NCBI GenBank assembly: GCA_964481205.1 | Contig: CAYZYE010000011.1 | Coordinates: 12,788 to 42,204 of the forward strand | DNA from: an uncultured Anaerolineae bacterium | Lineage (GTDB): Bacteria; Chloroflexota; Anaerolineae; JAFGEY01 | Direction: 5' to 3' | Length of the DNA stretch: 29,417 bases | Shown here: piece by piece, positions 17,836 through 25,975 of the stretch | Layout: each line of letters begins with the position of its first letter | Position numbering within the stretch: position 1 is the stretch's first letter | Program-made: the position numbers and the translations under genes | The notes under the pieces: model-generated | The model's input: the letters and a program-made list of their open reading frames with translations, nothing else | Database searches by the model: none | What the model was told of the DNA's origin: nothing

Positions 17836-17907
17836 ATTGACCCCGGACGCCGGGAGTATTTCTAGTTCGGCGCAAATGGGTTGGACGTCTGTTGTCCCAC
17901 ACCAACC

Positions 17908-18675
17908 TCAAGTACGGTGCGACAGCAACTGCCCCAGTACGTCGGGATGGTTGGTGATGATGGCGTCCACGCCGATGTCGAGCATGCGGCGCATATCCGG
18001 CTCTTTGTTGACCGTCCAGACGTTGACGCGGTAGCCCTGTTTGTGCGCTTTGCGGACGTATTTGGCGTTGACCAGGCCCAGGCCGGGGTGCAGCGCGGCA
18101 TATTTGACGCCGGCCATTCGCGCCAGGCGGGCGAACAGGTGGGTCTCGACCTGACCGTACAGCAGTCCCAGGGCAATGTTGGGGTTCAGTTTGCGCACGC
18201 GGCGCAGACTGGAGGGGTTGAACGAAGAGATGATCACGCGATCGACGAGGTGGTTGTCCTCGATCAGGCGCACGGTTTCTGCTTCCAGCCCGATGGAACG
18301 GTCGCCTTTTTCAACCTTGATTTCGATGTTGATGAACAGGCGGCGGCCAACGGCGTCGAATACCTGCTGCAAGGTGGGGATGCGCTGCCCGGCGAATTTG
18401 GGATCAAAGCGCCGGCCGGCGTCCAGCGCGCTCAATTCGGCGACCGTCATTTGGCTGACGCGGCCAACGCTGCCGGTGACGGCGTCGACGGTGGCGTCGT
18501 GAATGACGACGACCTCGCCGTCGGCGGCAAGGCGGACGTCGAGTTCGATGCCGTCGGCGCCCATTTCGGCGGCCAGTAGAAATGCGGCCAGGGTGTTTTG
18601 CGGCGCGCGCCCGCTGGCGCCTCGATGGGCGATGTTGAGCGTTCGACCGGCATAGATGTGTTCCAGTGCAAGCAT
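17908..18675 (-). CDS. Glycerophosphodiester phosphodiesterase (GDPD family)
   Basis: NIAHRGASG...ELDVRLAADGEVVVIHD motifs. The ATG at 18675 (GGAG 9 nt upstream) is preferred to the track's TTG at 18690. A 1-nt gap separates it from the preceding gene. Confidence 0.85.
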   Translation of the reverse strand: MLALEHIYAGRTLNIAHRGASGRAPQNTLAAFLLAAEMGADGIELDVRLAADGEVVVIHDATVDAVTGSVGRVSQMTVAELSALDAGRRFDPKFAGQRIPTLQQVFDAVGRRLFINIEIKVEKGDRSIGLEAETVRLIEDNHLVDRVIISSFNPSSLRRVRKLNPNIALGLLYGQVETHLFARLARMAGVKYAALHPGLGLVNAKYVRKAHKQGYRVNVWTVNKEPDMRRMLDIGVDAIITNHPDVLGQLLSHRT

Positions 18676-18676
18676 G

Positions 18677-19978
18677 TCATAGCTCCACAAAGTATGATTC
18701 GCACGCGCGATCGAGCAGTTCTTTGCTCATCACCGGTTTGACGCCGAGGTAGCGTGCGATGTCAATGATTTCGTCCAAAACGTCGCGCGGGTGGCAGGCG
18801 CGCAGTTCGTTGTGACGCTTGTGATAGTATTCTTTGAGCAAATAAACCAGTCCTTGCTCGTCATAGGGCACACGTCGAATCTGGCACATCCGTTTGAAAA
18901 TCTCGCGGTACTCTTGAAAGTTTGGATTGCCGATATGGATTTTGTGCCGGATGCGCCTCAAAAAGGCCTCATCGACCAGGTCTTTTGGCTCCAGGTTGGT
19001 TGAAAAGACAATGAGCACGTCGAAAGGCACTTCGATTTTGCTGCCGGTTTCGAGGGTCAGGTAATCGACCTTGTTCTCCAACGGCACGATCCAACGGTTC
19101 AACAAGTCGCGCGGGCGCACCAACTGCCGGCCAAAGTCGTCGATCAGGAACATGCCGCCGTTGGCTTTGACCTGGAACGGCGCTTCATACGTTTTAGAGG
19201 TGATATTATAGATCAAGTCCAGCGTCTCCAGCGTCAGCTCGCCGCCAACCTGGACCATTGGCCGGTGAATTTTGATCCACCGCCGGTCGAGCGTGCGCGT
19301 TGCGCCTGCCTCGTCGCCGTCGATCGGTTTGTGGCTGACCGGGTCGAACACGTTGATGATTTGGGCGTCTACTTCAATCGCATACGGGATGTAAATGCTG
19401 CCGCGCATCATCAAGGAGCCGATGGCCCGCGCCACCGAGGTTTTTCCATTGCCGGGCGGCCCGAACAAAAAGATGGAACGCCCCGAATTTGCCGCCGGGC
19501 CAATTTGGCCGAACGTTTTTTCGTTCAACACCAGGTGCGAGAGTGCCTTTTCCAGGTCCTGGCTGTGAACCATCACCTGCTGCAACGACTGCAAGTCCAT
19601 CGCGCGGCGGTATTGATCGAGTGTCACCGGGGCCGGCCCGACGTACATGTTGCGTTCAAGCAGCTCGCGGGCTTTGTCGCTTCCTTTTTCCGAGATCGAA
19701 TACTGGTAACTTGATTCGCCGAACCCGCCGGTACCTTTGACCTCGCAAAATTTCTCCCGTTTGAGAAATTCCATCACCTGGTCGATCACGCCGGAAAAAG
19801 GCAGTTTGATCTCGTCGGCGATGTCATAGCCGGAAATGCCCGCGCCTCGATAATACAACATTTTGAGCACGAGGTCGGCGAGAAAGCTCAGGCTCAACCC
19901 CGTTTCTTCGATCGAGCGCACCGTAGACAAGGTGAATTTCTGCCGGGCGGCATGGTTGTTTGCTGTTTGCTGCGTCAT
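18677..19978 (-). CDS. AAA+ family ATPase with ~110-aa N-terminal winged-helix-like domain (function unknown)
   Basis: Walker A FLFGPPGNGKT, Walker B MFLIDDFG, sensor-1 IVFSTN and an Arg-rich sensor-2 region. GGAG RBS. Confidence 0.85.
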   Translation of the reverse strand: MTQQTANNHAARQKFTLSTVRSIEETGLSLSFLADLVLKMLYYRGAGISGYDIADEIKLPFSGVIDQVMEFLKREKFCEVKGTGGFGESSYQYSISEKGSDKARELLERNMYVGPAPVTLDQYRRAMDLQSLQQVMVHSQDLEKALSHLVLNEKTFGQIGPAANSGRSIFLFGPPGNGKTSVARAIGSLMMRGSIYIPYAIEVDAQIINVFDPVSHKPIDGDEAGATRTLDRRWIKIHRPMVQVGGELTLETLDLIYNITSKTYEAPFQVKANGGMFLIDDFGRQLVRPRDLLNRWIVPLENKVDYLTLETGSKIEVPFDVLIVFSTNLEPKDLVDEAFLRRIRHKIHIGNPNFQEYREIFKRMCQIRRVPYDEQGLVYLLKEYYHKRHNELRACHPRDVLDEIIDIARYLGVKPVMSKELLDRACESYFVEL

Positions 19979-20018
19979 ATTTGCTCCGTACTAGAAAAAT
20001 CCGGGAACGCCGACTTGC

Positions 20019-20408
20019 CTATTCCTCTGGGCGGGTAGACAGGACGCCCTGTATTTCGTGCAACAAATTGTTGACCACAAAGGGTTTGACGATATAGCCG
20101 GCAAATTGATGGGCATGTGACTTGGTGCCGTTCGGGTCTTCGAGAAAGTGCCGCGCGGTCAGCATGATGACCGGAACCCGGTCGAACCGGTTGTCGGATT
20201 TGATTCGTTCCAGAACCTGCCAGCCGTCCATAGGATTCATCATAATGTCCAGCAAGACCAGATCGACGGGCGTTTCGGCCAGCATGTCCAGGCCATCCGG
20301 CCCATTGGTGGCCGATAAAACCTGGTAGCCTTCTTTTTCAAAGATCAACTTGCCCAGAGCGATCATTTCTTCATCATCTTCGATGATTAGAATCTTTTTT
20401 TGATACAT
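20019..20408 (-). CDS. Single-domain response regulator (CheY-like receiver only)
   Basis: KILIIEDDEEM...LVLLDIMMNPMDG...VPVIMLT...KPF matches a REC domain with the phospho-acceptor Asp. The start is either the ATG at 20408 or the GTG at 20426. Confidence 0.8.
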   Translation of the reverse strand: MYQKKILIIEDDEEMIALGKLIFEKEGYQVLSATNGPDGLDMLAETPVDLVLLDIMMNPMDGWQVLERIKSDNRFDRVPVIMLTARHFLEDPNGTKSHAHQFAGYIVKPFVVNNLLHEIQGVLSTRPEE

Positions 20409-20458
20409 AATCGTATCATCCCACACCTTTCTGTTCAGGTCGTTTTTTTCTGCTCATG

Positions 20459-21601
20459 TCAGTTGTCCGGCCGGGGTGCGGCGAGCAGCTCGACGATGAG
20501 CTGCTGGATCGCTTTTGTTTGCGGCAAGAGCACTTGCGCTCCCTGCGACGTGGTCCACGGTGTGGCCGTTTTATAGCCCAGGCTCTTGCTGCGCACGTTT
20601 TGCGGATCGACGCCCTGAAAATACGAGGCCAATAAAATCGCATCGACCATACTCAGGTCGGTTTCAAAGGCAGTGTTCAACGTTTGCCACAGTTTTGGCG
20701 CTTGGGCCAGATTTTTTGGTGTAAAGGTCTGCTGCCACAATCCTTTCAGCACTTGCTGCTGACGCCGCGACCGGTCGAAATCGTCCGTGGTCAGCCGGGA
20801 GCGACAGTACATCAATGCCGTGTGCCCGTCCATCCGGTGCGCGCCAACGGTCAGGGTGATTCTGGACATGCCGCTTTCCGACAACGGGTCGGGGAATTGA
20901 TCGGTGATCGGTTTTTCGACGTACACGGTCACACCGCCCAGCGCGTTGACAATGTCGACAAAGCCTTGAAAATCGACGCGAATGTAATGGTCGAGGGACA
21001 CGCCCAGATTGTATTGTAACGTTTTGTCGAGCAAGGCGTGTCCTCCGCCGGGATAGTTGGTTCGCTCGCCCAATGCGTCGACGGTGTTGATGCGGTTATA
21101 GCCGTAACCGGGGATATAGACCCACAAGTCACGCGGAATGGATAACAATGAGATGCGTTTTGTATCCATTTGTACAAAAGCCAGGATGAGCGAATCGGTG
21201 CGCCACACGCCGGCATCGGGTTTTTCGTCGATGCCCAGCAAGACGATGACGACCGTATCGTCGCCCAGCGGTATGGCGGGGGCGCCGGCGGTTTGGGTCG
21301 TTGGCGACGGCGTGGATGTGGGAGGCAGCGGCGTATCGGTGGGCGCAGGCGCGGCCGGCGTGTTGGCGATGGAGGTTGGCGTGCCAGTGAGCGTGGGCTG
21401 CGGTTCGCCAATCTGCGCCGTGACGATGGTGGGCGCAGCGGCGTGCGCCGTCCCTGGCGTCACACCGCTGCAAGCGACGCCGTTCCATCCATAGATGCCG
21501 ACCAGCGTCGCACCCAAGATGAGCCATACCAGGACGCCGGCGCCGGTCGCACCGGCCAAAACGATCTTTTCATAGTGATTCAGAATTAACCAGGGTTTCA
21601 C
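20459..21601 (-). CDS. LytR-CpsA-Psr (LCP) family protein with N-terminal TM anchor and Pro/Thr-rich linker
   Basis: LCP core: VLLGIDEKPD...RTDSLILAFVQMDTKRISLLSIPRDLWVYIPGYGYNRIN. N-terminal hydrophobic helix and a PT-rich spacer. Confidence 0.85.
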   Translation of the reverse strand: MKPWLILNHYEKIVLAGATGAGVLVWLILGATLVGIYGWNGVACSGVTPGTAHAAAPTIVTAQIGEPQPTLTGTPTSIANTPAAPAPTDTPLPPTSTPSPTTQTAGAPAIPLGDDTVVIVLLGIDEKPDAGVWRTDSLILAFVQMDTKRISLLSIPRDLWVYIPGYGYNRINTVDALGERTNYPGGGHALLDKTLQYNLGVSLDHYIRVDFQGFVDIVNALGGVTVYVEKPITDQFPDPLSESGMSRITLTVGAHRMDGHTALMYCRSRLTTDDFDRSRRQQQVLKGLWQQTFTPKNLAQAPKLWQTLNTAFETDLSMVDAILLASYFQGVDPQNVRSKSLGYKTATPWTTSQGAQVLLPQTKAIQQLIVELLAAPRPDN

Positions 21602-21638
21602 ACGCGATGTCCATTTTGAATTCGATCAAGTCATATCC

Positions 21639-21667
21639 AGTATACCCTACAACGGTCAAACTGACAA
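21639..21667 (-). promoter_or_regulatory. Candidate promoter TTGTCA-N17-TATACT for the LCP gene
   Basis: Read on the minus strand, ~40 nt upstream of the LCP start. Confidence 0.3.
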
Positions 21668-21731
21668 GGTTTTTAGGCGAGGGGTATGCGCACCAAGTCG
21701 GGCTGTCGCTCTCGGCATATTACATTGCCTA

Positions 21732-21780
21732 CCCTCCCGGAGGTTCTGCCGACGCAAAGCGCCGGACAGTTCCGGGAGGG
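21732..21780 (-). other. Nested stem-loop: outer 9-bp stem (CCUCCCGGA/UCCGGGAGG) enclosing an inner 7-bp stem with a G·U pair and a UUU loop. No U-tract follows.
   Basis: Read directly. It lies between the GNAT-fusion stop and the LCP promoter. Confidence 0.3.
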
Positions 21781-21800
21781 CAGGCTGAGTGGTTGCCGAT

Positions 21801-24800
21801 TCAACTGGTATAGTCTTTGAGACAGGTGTACCGTCTGGCCTGCTGCACATTGTCGCACAGGCCCAGATAGCAGACCCGTTCGGCGACGCGCTGGGGGCGG
21901 ACATCCAGTTCGCCGAGAAGGCCGAGGTGCCCGCCGGCGTCGCCCCAATCGACCAGCCGGACGTCGGGGTAGGGGCTGACCAGGATTGCCGTGCGCCCGC
22001 TTTCGGCGTTTGTCGCCAACCCCCACCGGCCGGCCTCCGACCAGCTGTCCCACGGCGTGGGTTTGCGCTCGACAAACTCGCTGCGCACCACATTGTGCCG
22101 CCACTCGCCGTCGGGCTGCCAGTAGGTCTGCCAGCCATAGCCCAGGCTGCGCCTGGCCGTGGTCAGGTTGTGCAGGCGGTAGACGAGTTTGAGCACGTTG
22201 CTGTGACCCACGGTCAGATAGTCGAGATCGATGGCCAATCCGGCCAATTTTTCCCGTTCGAGGGTGCAGCTGAGGCGCACGCCGGTCCAGTTGACGCCGC
22301 GCGCGTCGGTGGCGGCGATGTTTTGAGCGGCCAACTTTTCCTGCCACAGTTTGCCCGGCATTTCGCGCCGCAGTCTGGCCAGCGGCATCAGCCCGCCGTA
22401 CCAGTTGTTCATCCAGCCAAAGGTTTTCGGCTCCGGGTAGGGCGAGAGCAGGTGGTTGGTCCCGTTTTCCTGCCACGAGATCACCGCTCCGGCAAAGTCG
22501 GGCGCGATGGTCCAGCGGGTGCGGCCATTGTCGATGATCCAGGTGTTCTGGTTGGTAAACACCTGAACCTCGGAATGGTCTCCCAGGCGGACGATGGGCA
22601 CGGCAATGTGATCGTCGAACAGTTGCGTTTGCAGCGATACATGGCCCTCATAGGCCATCGCCGTGGGGGGGACGGTCAGTTTGAGCGGTTGCGTGAACGG
22701 TTCGCGGAGCGTCGCGCCCTTGATCTCAAAGGCGCCGTGATCGCCGTCGACGCCCTGGGGCAGCGACAGTATCGCCTGGCCGATCAGCGGCCGCGCGCGC
22801 AGGTTGTCGATGATCAGCGTGGCTTTGATCTGATCGTCGAGCGTGATCAGCGGCGATGGTTCCAGCCGCGCATCGTGTACGGCGCGCGATTCGACCGGTA
22901 TCGGCTCCGGCTTGACGTTGGCGCCGGTCAGCCGGCGAGAGTGCGCGCGCACGGTGCGCCAGTCGCCGGGGCCGGCGTACAGGTAGAATGTGCCGAACGG
23001 GGTCCACGTTTGCGGCTCGCAGTTGGTTTTGGGCCAGAGTAAGAGCATACCCCAATGGCCGAGTTCGTTTTCGACAACCGTGTCCGGCCAGAGCAGTCCT
23101 ATCGTGCCATGCTGCGAGGTTGTGGCCGCCCAATGCTCGGCAAACGCTTCGGGCGTTTTGCTCACGTCCTCCTCGGCGGTGGGAAACTCGGACATTCGGC
23201 TTTGCACGATGCCCGCGTCCAGAGGCAGGGTGAGTGTTGCTTCGTCGCGTTGGGCAATTTGGAAAAAGGGCTGCATTTGGAGCGTGTACGGCGTGACCCC
23301 GTTGTTGATCAGCGCATAGCCGATCTCGATCAACGGCCCGGCGCTCAGTGTGACCTGACGGCGCAGGGTGATCCCCGGATAGTCGTCCGACGCGACGCTC
23401 AGGGTGGCCGTGATCCGCCCATTTTCGCGTTCTAGGGCCACGTCGAATGTTTTGTCTTCCAGCTCGGAAGGCCAAAACGGCGGGCCAAGGAACTCGCGCG
23501 CGCCGCCCAGGGAGGCGTCTCCGTTGGCGGCGCGGATTTGCATCCAGCCACGTGATTCGATGATCAGCCGCGTCCATTCGTTTTCGATACGTACTTTGGG
23601 TTCAATTTGCCCGGCGTTTTCGCGATGAGCGAGTACGCTGCCCGGCGGCAAGCTAAAGACGACGAGTGGTCGGGGCTGTGTCCGGTGCGGCGCGCCGGCG
23701 TCGTCGAAATGGATGGTTGTTTGAATCTCGTAAACGCCGCCCTGCGCCGCCGAGAGGGTGATCGGCGCGCCGGCCCAACCCTTTTTGGGCACGGTGATCT
23801 GTTTTTGCGTCCAGTCTGTGACCAGGCCGGGCGTCGGCGCGATGCTGACCGTGGCCGTGATCTCGCGCTTTATATAGTTGTGCAGTTGGAGGTGTACGTT
23901 CTGGGCGACGCCGGGAAAGAGGGTGACGTAGCGGGGCGCCAGTTCGACCGAGATGGCGGGGCGCGGGTGCAGGCCGGTCGCCAATTCGATCACTTCGCCG
24001 TCGATGATGAACAATGTTTTGACCACCGGCGCCGGTTTGCCAGGCTGTATACCTGGCGCGTCGGCGGCGATGCCGACCGGGGCGGTCGCTTCGGCGCTTT
24101 CGCCCGGCTGAATTGTCAATGCCTGGCGATGTTCGATCGACAAATGCTCGCTGCCGTTGGCGATCAATGAGACGCGCATCGGTTTGTTTGTTTTGTTGGT
24201 CAGTTTCCAGCGCATCTGTGTCGTCAGGCCACGGGCCGGTTCGGTCTCGTCGACGATGGCGGCGGCCGCCAGGTTGTTGGTTTCCACCGCGGTGATGGTG
24301 CGCGATTGGCGGTCGACCCACACGGTGAGCATGTCGTCGCCGGCTTGCCAGCGGTAGGTAAAGACTTGCATCCCTTCCCAACGTTCGTCATCCTCTTTTT
24401 GTTCCAGTTTGCGCTGGAACGTTTTGTACCAGTCGTGTTTTTCAAAATAGGGGCCGGCGCAAGGCATGGTCAAGATGCCGGGGACAAAGTTGCGCATGTG
24501 TACCGAGCTGTCCGGCACCCAGTACAGTCCCGTCTTTTTGTACAGCGGCACCGACTTGAGGTTGCCCGGCCAGGTGTGCAGGGTCAGTTGTTTGAAGCCC
24601 AGTTCGATGCAGCGATCGATGCAGCGGCACAACAGTTGGCGCGCCAGGCTTTTTCCTTGATAGTCGGGTTGCACGTTGAGCAGTTCGACATAGCCCACTC
24701 CGGGGTCGTCTTCGCACTCGCTGAACGAGCAATAGCCGACGATCTTGGCCCGGTCCGCGGTTTCGACGACATAGACGAACAGGTTGCGACCGCGTTCAAA

Positions 24801-24947
24801 GCGTTCGATCACTGTTTGCGGCGTGATCTGGGCGCCGCCGCTCCAGGTGCCGGGCCATTGATCGTCGCTGGCCTGCCACATCGCAACCAATCGGGCAGCG
24901 TCCTGGTTGATGTTTTTGATTTCACGGATGACAAATTCAGTGTTCAC
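21801..24947 (-). CDS. GNAT-family N-acetyltransferase fused to a ~880-aa uncharacterised beta-rich C-terminal region
   Basis: The GNAT motif (VGYVELLNVQPDYQGKSLARQLL...FKQLTLHTWPGN) lies in the first ~170 aa. The remainder has no recognisable family and no signal peptide. The GTG at 24947 with AGAGGA 5 nt upstream is preferred; the track start at 25028 runs through a terminator hairpin. Confidence 0.8.
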   Translation of the reverse strand: MNTEFVIREIKNINQDAARLVAMWQASDDQWPGTWSGGAQITPQTVIERFERGRNLFVYVVETADRAKIVGYCSFSECEDDPGVGYVELLNVQPDYQGKSLARQLLCRCIDRCIELGFKQLTLHTWPGNLKSVPLYKKTGLYWVPDSSVHMRNFVPGILTMPCAGPYFEKHDWYKTFQRKLEQKEDDERWEGMQVFTYRWQAGDDMLTVWVDRQSRTITAVETNNLAAAAIVDETEPARGLTTQMRWKLTNKTNKPMRVSLIANGSEHLSIEHRQALTIQPGESAEATAPVGIAADAPGIQPGKPAPVVKTLFIIDGEVIELATGLHPRPAISVELAPRYVTLFPGVAQNVHLQLHNYIKREITATVSIAPTPGLVTDWTQKQITVPKKGWAGAPITLSAAQGGVYEIQTTIHFDDAGAPHRTQPRPLVVFSLPPGSVLAHRENAGQIEPKVRIENEWTRLIIESRGWMQIRAANGDASLGGAREFLGPPFWPSELEDKTFDVALERENGRITATLSVASDDYPGITLRRQVTLSAGPLIEIGYALINNGVTPYTLQMQPFFQIAQRDEATLTLPLDAGIVQSRMSEFPTAEEDVSKTPEAFAEHWAATTSQHGTIGLLWPDTVVENELGHWGMLLLWPKTNCEPQTWTPFGTFYLYAGPGDWRTVRAHSRRLTGANVKPEPIPVESRAVHDARLEPSPLITLDDQIKATLIIDNLRARPLIGQAILSLPQGVDGDHGAFEIKGATLREPFTQPLKLTVPPTAMAYEGHVSLQTQLFDDHIAVPIVRLGDHSEVQVFTNQNTWIIDNGRTRWTIAPDFAGAVISWQENGTNHLLSPYPEPKTFGWMNNWYGGLMPLARLRREMPGKLWQEKLAAQNIAATDARGVNWTGVRLSCTLEREKLAGLAIDLDYLTVGHSNVLKLVYRLHNLTTARRSLGYGWQTYWQPDGEWRHNVVRSEFVERKPTPWDSWSEAGRWGLATNAESGRTAILVSPYPDVRLVDWGDAGGHLGLLGELDVRPQRVAERVCYLGLCDNVQQARRYTCLKDYTS

Positions 24948-25001
24948 GTTTTCCTCTTTCTGGACTAGTTGGACGCAGTTTGAGCAAACCGCGCTGGCAT
25001 G

Positions 25002-25034
25002 AAAAAAAGGCCGTGGGGATGATCCCACGGCCTT
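25002..25034 (-). terminator. Strong intrinsic terminator T1 (11-bp stem AAGGCCGUGGG/CCCACGGCCUU, 6-nt loop, seven U) 54 nt upstream of the GNAT-fusion start
   Basis: Read directly from the minus strand. Confidence 0.75.
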
Positions 25035-25074
25035 AAAATTGACTCGGTGCTTTCACTCGATCCACGATCGAGCG

Positions 25075-25105
25075 AAAAGGCCGTGGAGTGTTGTGTCCCA
25101 CGGCC
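25075..25105 (-). terminator. Weaker terminator-like hairpin T2 (8-bp stem GGCCGUGG/CCACGGCC, 11-nt loop, UUUUCG) whose arms are identical to those of T1
   Basis: Read directly. The shared arms allow a T2-3'arm : T1-5'arm antiterminator pairing. A 7-bp hairpin (25056-25072) lies between T2 and T1. Confidence 0.5.
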
Positions 25106-25144
25106 CGTTGATAATGATCTAGATGTCAACTTTGGTTGACATAA

Positions 25145-25228
25145 CTACCAGCGACCAGGCACACGACACCTATTTGATTGACGATCGCGACCACATTTAA
25201 CGCGACAGATCATAAAGATGTCTTGCAT
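25145..25228 (-). CDS. Putative 27-aa Cys/Arg-rich leader peptide MQDIFMICRVKCGRDRQSNRCRVPGRW
   Basis: Hand-translated. Not in the ORF track. Strong RBS AAGGAGG with a 7-nt spacer. The stop is followed after 2 nt by an 8-bp/4-nt-loop hairpin (AUGUCAAC-CAAA-GUUGACAU), then T2 and T1. Confidence 0.45.
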   Translation of the reverse strand: MQDIFMICRVKCGRDRQSNRCRVPGRW

Positions 25229-25267
25229 CTGGCATCCTCCTTGTTGTATTTGCACTGCCAGTGAACT

Positions 25268-25295
25268 ATTATATTCCAAGATGCCCGTTTGTCAA
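25268..25295 (-). promoter_or_regulatory. Consensus sigma70 promoter TTGACA-N16-TATAAT
   Basis: Exact consensus hexamers on the minus strand (25295-25290 and 25273-25268). The predicted TSS is ~33 nt upstream of the leader ATG. Confidence 0.55.
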
Positions 25296-25525
25296 GTGCG
25301 GTTGGGGCGTCTTGGCATAGCCCCTTGTGGGCGGGTGAAGCAGCCGCTCCCGCCGGATCGCCAGGTCCGGCGGCTGAACAAGCTGAATCCGACCGGGGTT
25401 GCTATTTTGGGCCTGGATTTGGCAATCCAGGCCGAGCAAAGCGAGCGCCGGTACTATTGGCCTTTGTAGTTTTGGCGTCCGGCCAGTCGGTGGGTCTGTC
25501 TGGCGCCACCGTAAACAGGCGGCGC

Positions 25526-25873
25526 TTATTCTGTGTTATGAACAAAGACGCCGCGTTTGTTGAGGATGGCGACAATGCCGTCGATGACCACATCGACGAT
25601 GAATTTGAGCGCCTGTTTTTCAATCATCGCCGGCAGGTAGGGAATGTCAATATCGTACTCGTCGTACACGGCCAAAATGATCTCGGTGGCGCACGCTTTT
25701 TTCTGCGCTCCGCCTTTGATCGCTTGCATATCTTCAACGGCTTGAATGGCTTCGTCAAACAGTTCAAACATGACGCTCCAGTCAAAGCCTTCCTTAAAGA
25801 CTTTGATCCTGGGCGCGATGTCGCGGACAAAAGTGTTGGTCAGTTCCTGGCATGGCGTTCTGGCTTCTTGCAT
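25526..25873 (-). CDS. Hypothetical small alpha-helical protein (115 aa)
   Basis: ORF with a perfect AGGAGG RBS before the ATG at 25873 (track start 25900). No family recognised. Confidence 0.65.
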   Translation of the reverse strand: MQEARTPCQELTNTFVRDIAPRIKVFKEGFDWSVMFELFDEAIQAVEDMQAIKGGAQKKACATEIILAVYDEYDIDIPYLPAMIEKQALKFIVDVVIDGIVAILNKRGVFVHNTE

Positions 25874-25975
25874 TTTTTGCCTCCTGGAGAATGTCCTCAA
25901 TCGACGGGTTGGTGGGTGAACAAGTGGGTTATGGACATTATAACATACGACAGATGATTGTGCAATGGTCGTTTC

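Noticed and set aside
17485-17865. 126-aa plus-strand ORF spanning the aroH start and the leader region
   Set aside because: It is antisense to aroH and to the leader. It has no RBS and an implausible composition.
17532-17907. T-box riboswitch or small stable RNA (SRP/6S) in the leader region upstream of the aro operon
   Set aside because: No T-box consensus (AAUUAGGGUGGUACCGCG) or GGUGG antiterminator bulge is present, and there are no SRP domain-IV motifs. The region is better explained by the promoter, F/Y leader ORF and terminator arrangement.
25480-25525. GCGCCGCC-(7 nt)-GGUGGCGC hairpin just after the 25526..25873 gene stop, considered as its terminator
   Set aside because: There is no U-tract after it. 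It may still be a stability element. The functional terminators are T2 and T1 further downstream, after the leader cassette.
25218-25957. Plus-strand ORFs 25218..25469 and 25289..25957
   Set aside because: They overlap the consensus minus-strand promoter and leader, and the well-supported hypothetical gene with an AGGAGG RBS on the other strand. No RBS; low-complexity translations.
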